DNA of 63,987 bases, counting the filler, from Anaeromyces robustus (Eukaryota): assembly GCA_002104895.1 (NCBI GenBank). It is 3 parts of 3 records of this genome, joined end to end, with 100 filler letters (N's around TTAATTAATTAA, not from the genome) between each part and the next. Parts side by side here need not be neighbours in the genome. Positions count along the whole stretch, not along the records: positions 48,262 to 63,987 come from MCFG01000681.1; 2 more parts are not named here. One strand, given 5' to 3'. A program made the translations under genes and the position numbers. Every line of letters starts with the position of its first letter. Position 1 is the stretch's first letter. The notes beneath the pieces were generated by a model. The model saw nothing but the letters and a program-made list of their open reading frames with translations. It was not told the DNA's origin and searched no databases. Shown here piece by piece: positions 57,101-63,987 of the stretch.

Positions 57101-58438
57101 TATATTTTTAAAATCATATATACATTATTTAATGGTATATTTTATTATATTATTAATTAATAAAATTAAAATAGTAATCAAGAAATATTATATATAATTC
57201 AAAATTGAAAAAAAAATTTATAATAGGTATTAAAAAAAAAAAAAAAGTTTATATATAATATATTTATATTTAATTATTCAAAATTATTATTAAAATAAAA
57301 TAAATAATAAAAATTCATAATATCTATTCATTCTTAATATCAATTCTAAAATTAACTTTTCTGATTAAAAAAAATTATTAAAGAATAACAAAGAATAAAA
57401 TATTGAAAAAAGAAAATATATTACAAGATAAGGAAAACAAAAAAAAAAAAAAAAAAAAAAATTAAAAATGTTATATCCACAATTGGAGTAATTGTAAAAG
57501 TTAAAATAAAATTATGAAATTATATTGATTTTATATATAATAAAAATTAACAATAATATAGCTAATATAACAAAGCAAAACTTTTATTAAAAATATTCCA
57601 TATAAACAGAAAAAAAAAATAACAGAAAATAAAATATAAACAGTGGATAAATAATCATAGGAAAAAAGTTTTAAAATCAGATAAACTTATTTCATATCAA
57701 TTTTTCTTTTTTCTTCTTTTTATTGAAGATTTGTTAATATTATAAATAGTTAATATAAAAGTCAAGGTTAATATTATTTTTTATGTTGAATTATCGAAGA
57801 AAACAAAATTAATGAAATATATTTTTTTCATAAAATATTATTGAAATACATATATACATCCCTTTTTTTTTTTTATTTAATCTACAATAATTTTATAATA
57901 TAACGAAGGATATTAACATTTATTAAAGGGAATATATTATTAATATATTTATAAAAGTAAATTAAAAAAAATAATTATTATGTTTGTTAAAGATTAATAT
58001 AAACAAAACATATTTTAATAAAATAAAATAAAATAAATTAGAAAGAATGATATGTCATATAACTATATTAAAAATAAAAATAATTAATAAAAATAAGAAG
58101 GATTAATATAAATATTTATTTTTTTTCCTATAATTTATTCTTTTTTATACTTTTTTTATAGTATTATTTTTGTTTTATGTAAAATAGAAATCAATTTTTT
58201 TTTTTTTAAAAAAAAAAAAAAAAATATTAGTTTTATTAATATTTTTCTTTATTATTATTATAATTTATTATTAATCTGTATATAAATATTATTATGAAGT
58301 ATTTAATATAAACGATATACAAATATTTTCGACAAAGTATATATAATTTTCATCGATAAATATAATAAATCAATCAATTCTCAATATTAATAAATAAAAA
58401 TAAAAATAAAACAAAATAAAATAAAATAAAATAAAAAA

Positions 58439-61400
58439 ATGGAGGAGCCTCAACAGGATATTAATTTCAATTATCCTTTTTCATTAACTACATCAACTTC
58501 AGCAGTAAGAGATTATGATTATATCACAAGTAAACCTCAAGTTCAACAAAGACCATTCTCTAATTCAAAAGGTGTTAGTTTATAAAAAACAGTTTATCGT
58601 TCATTAATTCCATCTAATAGGAAAAATAAAAAATTACTTAAAAGTGTAAGTAGTTAAAAAAAAAAAAAAGAAAAATAAATAAATTATATATATATATATT
58701 TAATATATTATATAGCAAAAAGAGTCCTTTATTAAAAAAGGGAAAAAAAAAAGAAAAAAAATATGAAATATTGAATAGTGAATAATGAAAAAGAAAAATG
58801 AAATATTGAATAGTGAATAATGAAAAAGAAAAATGAAATATTGAATAGTGAATAATGAAAAAGAAAAATGAAATATTGAATAGTGAATAGTGAAAAAGAA
58901 AATAATATATATATACTGTTATTATTACTTGTTATTATAGGAATGTGTATCAAGAGATGGATTAGATAAAATGAATGATATTTTGGATAGAATGTCAGTT
59001 CTTTCGGTTGGAAATGGACAAACTAATACTGTATATTTAAGTCGATTATTTTATCAAAATTGTGGTAAAATAGTTAATTTTATATTTACTTATTTATATT
59101 AATATGTTATATATAGATATTTTTTATTAATATATATGTTGAAATAAAAAAAAAAAATTTTTTTATATTAAATAATAAATAATAATGGTATTTTTACATA
59201 TGTATTTTCTTTCTTTTCATCATTATAATTATTATTATATATATATTTACAATAAAAAAAAAGCACCATTTGTTGTTTTTAGAGTTATAGCAGATATGTA
59301 TTCATATGAATCTATTATAGAACAAGTTGAATTAAAAGAAAGAATATTTTGGGGTGTAACAGATCCAGCTACTCTGCAAATTCCTGGTGCTGAAACAAGA
59401 AAAGTAATTTAATATATATACTTATTATTATTATATTATTAAAAAATAAAAATAAATTAATTTTTTTTCCTTTTTCTTCATTTAATATTTACAATAAATA
59501 TATCAATAATCATCAATTTATAATAATTTTTTTTTCATTAATGTAATAATAAAGGAACAATATAATCCAATTCATTGGATTAAAAGATTAATTAAAAAAT
59601 GTCAAAATGTTATTTTAAATAAAGAAGCACAAGATTCACCATGGTGGTATTTACATAGATTATGTTTATTAATTGGGTTTTTAGTGGAATTAAGATTGGT
59701 AATTTTTTTTTTTTTTTTTTTTTTTTTAAAAATAATTATATAATAAATTTTATTATTTTTCTTTTAATATATATATCTATACTATCAAATATATTTTTTT
59801 TAATAATATAAAAACTTTTTAATGAAAATTAATAAATTTAATAAAATAAATAACACAATAAAAACGAAAAACAAAATGAAATAATAATAATTAATAAATA
59901 ATTTGAAAAAATGAAACATGAAATAAAATAAATAAAATATACAAAAAAAAAAAAAAAATAAAAAAAAGCCTGAACCTGTTCTAATAGAATTAAGAGATAA
60001 ATTATGGATTATATCAAGTTTAGATCAAGCAAAAACAGATGAAAAAGTATGGAATAGAATTGCAGAAACTTTATGTAGAATTGTATATAAAATTGAAATG
60101 AAAGATAAATTTAAAAATAAAATTATGGAAGCTAATAATCTTAATCCACTTTGTAATGCTAATAATTTCTTATCCTCTCAACAAATTAATAGTTATGAAC
60201 CTTTCAAAAATAATTATATTAATAATGATAATGTAGAAGATTGTTTTAAAAGTGATAGTACTTTAACTTCTAATAATAATATATATAATTCTTCTGGTGG
60301 TATAAACTTTAATAATAATCAATATCAAACTAATACTGTTGGAATTTTCTCAATTGCTACTACTTTCACCAACAATAATAATACTATCTATAATAATAAT
60401 AATAATAATTTAAATTCTTTTCCAACTTCTATAAACAGTTTAACCAATGATTTTTCTAAAGGTTTAAAAATATCACAAGTTCAACAAAATTTAATGAATT
60501 CATCTGCTACAGTTAATAATTCCAATTTATCCAGTATTTCTAATGATATGAATAATGATAGTGATAGTATGAAAAATAGTATGTCTTTAGAATATGATGC
60601 TTCATTTTCAATTATGAGATCAGAAGATGGCTTACCTATGTTACTGGCATTACAATTTGAATATATATTTTCAAAGTAATTAATTACACATTAAAAATAA
60701 ATATTATATATATATATTAAATGCTAAATTATAATAATAATAATAAATTTTGTTGTAAATAATGATAATAACATATATTATACATATAGAAGAAATTATA
60801 AATTATTAGTTTAGATAAAATAATAATAATATTTACATGTATATATATTATTATATATAATTATTTTATTTTTATTATATTATTTTTATAAATATAAAGA
60901 CCTGTATCAGCTATTTTACCTTCAGAAATGTTCTTATCTTTTAGAAATTGTATAGAAAGTTTTTCAAGACCTATATCAGAAGATATAATAAATGAAGTTC
61001 AACTTTCAACGGAATATTTATGTAGTTCTGAAATTCCCGAAAAAGGTAATTATTAATTAAAGAAAAGAAAAATTAGGATATTACATTAATATTTTAATTA
61101 TATTTTTAATTCAAAAATTATGGGTTTTTTTTTTTTAAAAAAAAAAAAAAAAAGAAAAATATTTAAAAAATAAAAATAATATTATATATTTATATATAAA
61201 TTTTTAATAATATTTACTTAATTTTTATATATAAAAAGAATATACAAGATCAAGTAGGTGGTTTAGAATATCACCAAGAGTACAAGAACTTAAAAATATT
61301 GATAATGAAGGATTTTTAAAATACAAAGAAAATCAATATAAAGTATATTTAGAACGTCGATCTCAGGATAATGATATGAATATACCATTTTATGTTGATT

Positions 61401-62445
61401 GTGTTGTTGTTGCAAGTCACATTAAATCATTAATTAAAACTATACCAGGTGGTTTAATTCCATATTCAATACAATTGGCATTAATGAATATTATTGAAAG
61501 AATAAATGATCAATCTGAAAAAAATAGTAGTAAATATTTTTATTATAAATATTATTATAATATATTATTTATATATATTAAAATTTTATTTATTTTTCAT
61601 TAATAATAAAAAAAAAAAAAAAAAAAAAATATTATAATAATTTATGATATATATATAATATATTTTATATTAATATTGTAATATATTATCAATTTTTATC
61701 ATTTGTAAATATTAAATCTATTAATTTATTTATATTAATATTACTATAAATTAATGTTTATAAAAAAAAAATTAGAAAAGGGATTCTCATATTCTCAGAT
61801 GTATGAACAAGAAAAATCAGATATTGAAACTATAAGATTATTATTAAAACTATCTCCAGGAAGATTTAAATTACTTCAAATGATTATTAAGGTAGCTCAA
61901 AGAATTTTATCAGATTGTGTTATTGATCAAATGACACCTGCAGCTTTAGCTAGAGTTTTACCTGTAGAAGATCTTTCAAGTTTAAGTGGTGATGTTGCAC
62001 CTAAAAAACAACAAGTTGTTTTTGGTTTAGAAGGTGCTCCATCAAATTCATCTAATGGTTTTAACTTTTTCTCTTCTAACACTATTAATTCTAATAATAG
62101 TAAAGGTAGTGGTGAACAAAATTCACTAACAAGTGTATTAGATATTTTAGAAAAATGGCAAGCAGCTTGGTCTTATTTGGTTGAAAATCCAGATGAATTT
62201 TTCTTTAAGGTAAAGGCGAAATATATATATTTATATATTTATAAATATTTATATATTTATATATACCAATTTTTTTTTTTTTTTTATTTTGTATTTAATA
62301 TATATATATGAAGCAGGATGACCATAGTTTTGATGTACAAACTGAATGTTTCAAAAGGTCATTAATTCGAATTTTCTCAAATATATTTATTGTTGGATAT
62401 AACAATATTTATACGATTATATACTATTTGACAAATAATATTTAA
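58439..62445 (+). CDS. Multi-exon (~9 exons) protein with a divergent C-terminal RhoGAP-like domain; one in-frame TAA in exon 1
   Basis: Spliced exons MEEPQQD.../ECVSRDG.../APFVVFR.../EQYNPIHW.../PEPVLIE.../PVSAILP.../...WFRISP...VVASHIKSLIKTIPGGLIP.../...LSPGRFKLLQMIIKVAQRI...QMTPAALARVLP.../DDHSF.... The motifs resemble the RhoGAP FR finger, ASLLKxxLRxLPxxLIP and NxMTxxNLA. Position of the last exon is less certain. Confidence 0.75.
58762..58902. repeat. Intronic minisatellite, ~4 x 35 bp
   Basis: ATGAAATATTGAATAGTGAATAATGAAAAAGAAAA repeats within intron 1 of the RhoGAP-like gene. Confidence 0.88.
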
Positions 62446-62452
62446 AAAAATT

Positions 62453-62483
<31 letters not shown>

Positions 62484-62959
62484 TAATATAACTTTATATA
62501 TTCTATCTTTATTTTAAAATTATAATAATATCACATATATTAAAAAAAAATATTATATAAGTATTCTTTTTTTTTTTTTTTTTTTTTTTATCTTTTATTA
62601 TTATTATTATTACTATTATTACTATTATTATTATTATTATTTCTTTATATATACTTTAACTATTAGAAAATAAATACTATTTTTTTTTTTTGTTTCTTTT
62701 TTTTTTTTTAATATTAATAAATATTAATTACTTTTTAGTAATATTAAATAATATAATAATAATAAAAATAAATTAATAAAATAAATTAATAATAATAAAA
62801 ATAATAAAATAAAAAATAATAATTTTTATATATAATATTATTAATAAAGAATATAAAATAAAAAAAAATAAAATAAAAATAAATAAATAAATAAATAAAT
62901 AATATAAATAAATAAATAAATAAATATGAGTAATATTTAATTATTGTTATATATAATAC

Positions 62960-62991
<32 letters not shown>

Positions 62992-63720
62992 TTATATATT
63001 ATATATCTTTTATTCATTTAATTATTTTTTTTTCTATTTACTCTTGCTCTTTATAATTTATTGTTTTTTGTTCCTTTTTCATTTTATTTTATTTTATTTT
63101 ATTTTTTTTTATTTATTTATTTACTTTTGTTTATTTACTCTTTTTTTCTCTTCTTATTTTTTTTTTCCATAATCATTTTTAAACATCTTAAATTATTAAG
63201 TCAATGGATTAAAAGTCAATTCAATTATTCTTCATTTATATAATCTCTTTTACTCTTTATATAAATAACAAGTAATAGTAATAATTTATTATAATATAAA
63301 TATAACATATAAATAATAAATAAAACAACAACTATAAAAAAAACTAAGTAATGTAAATATTTTAATAGAAATATCCTTTAAATTATATATAAAAATAAAA
63401 GTAAAAAATATAGTATAATTATTAGTATGAAAAATCAAATTATAATTTATTGAAAAAAAAAAAAAAAAATAATAATAATATTTATAAAGTAAAAATAAAG
63501 TATTATATTAAAAAATTATAAAAAATTTTTTTCTTTTCCTTTTTTTTTTTTTTTATTAAATCTATATGCGAATATTATGTACTTATTTATTTAATTATTT
63601 ATTAGAATTATTTTGCAATTTATATTAATATATATAATTAATATAATTAAAAAGTTTGACGTTGTTGATATTAATAATAAAATTTTTTTTTTTTTTTTTT
63701 ATGTATGTATATATATAAAA

Positions 63721-63751
<31 letters not shown>

Positions 63752-63845
63752 AAGTAGATAATAATTTAATATATATATTTACAAATATATATATAATTTT
63801 TTTAAAAAAAAAATTTCTTTATAAAATATTTTAAGGTAGTTAAAA

Positions 63846-63953
63846 CTACCATTCAAAATCTCCAGTAGCTTTCTGGAAAAGATAATCTTTTCCATTAACA
63901 TTAATGATACCATCTTTTAGTGAACACTTCCACTTATTCTTAATTCTTGTTAC
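63846..63953 (-). CDS. TOA1: Last exon of transcription initiation factor IIA large (alpha/beta) subunit; gene continues beyond the window
   Basis: After an AG acceptor it reads VTRIKNKWKCSLKDGIINVNGKDYLFQKATGDFEW*, the conserved TFIIA C-terminus. Confidence 0.93.
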   Translation of the reverse strand, partial: VTRIKNKWKCSLKDGIINVNGKDYLFQKATGDFEW

Positions 63954-63987
63954 CTTTTATTATATTATATAATTAATATTTTGAATT

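Noticed and set aside
58583..58585. TAA reassignment (alternative genetic code)
   Set aside because: TAA and TAG end AAR2, DUF1769 and TFIIA at the expected C-termini, and the long ORFs have no internal stops.

Overview
Extremely AT-rich, intron-rich, microsatellite-dense eukaryotic DNA. Composition, gene content and LINE style are most consistent with an anaerobic gut fungus (Neocallimastigomycota); this is an inference. The window is not one locus: two N44-TTAATTAATTAA-N44 six-frame-stop linkers (24188-24287, 48162-48261) join three contigs. Contig 1 holds a ~9.45-kb region bounded by ~1.4-1.6-kb diverged inverted repeats, a MITE with a 9-bp TSD, an intronless Glu/Lys-rich ankyrin gene and a stack of LINE 3' ends. 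It also holds a ~26-exon LRR gene missed by the ORF track, probably secreted, built one LRR per phase-2 exon, with three Cys-capped modules and five tandem two-exon cassettes. Contig 2 holds a 1112-aa ankyrin gene, AAR2, a DUF1769 gene (10-nt micro-exon, C-terminal FFAT-like motif) and a deleted LINE copy. Contig 3 holds a partial intron-containing bacterial-like GTPase, an F-box protein, a divergent RhoGAP-like gene and the last exon of the TFIIA large subunit. All gene models were spliced and translated by eye; exon edges may be off by a few bases.
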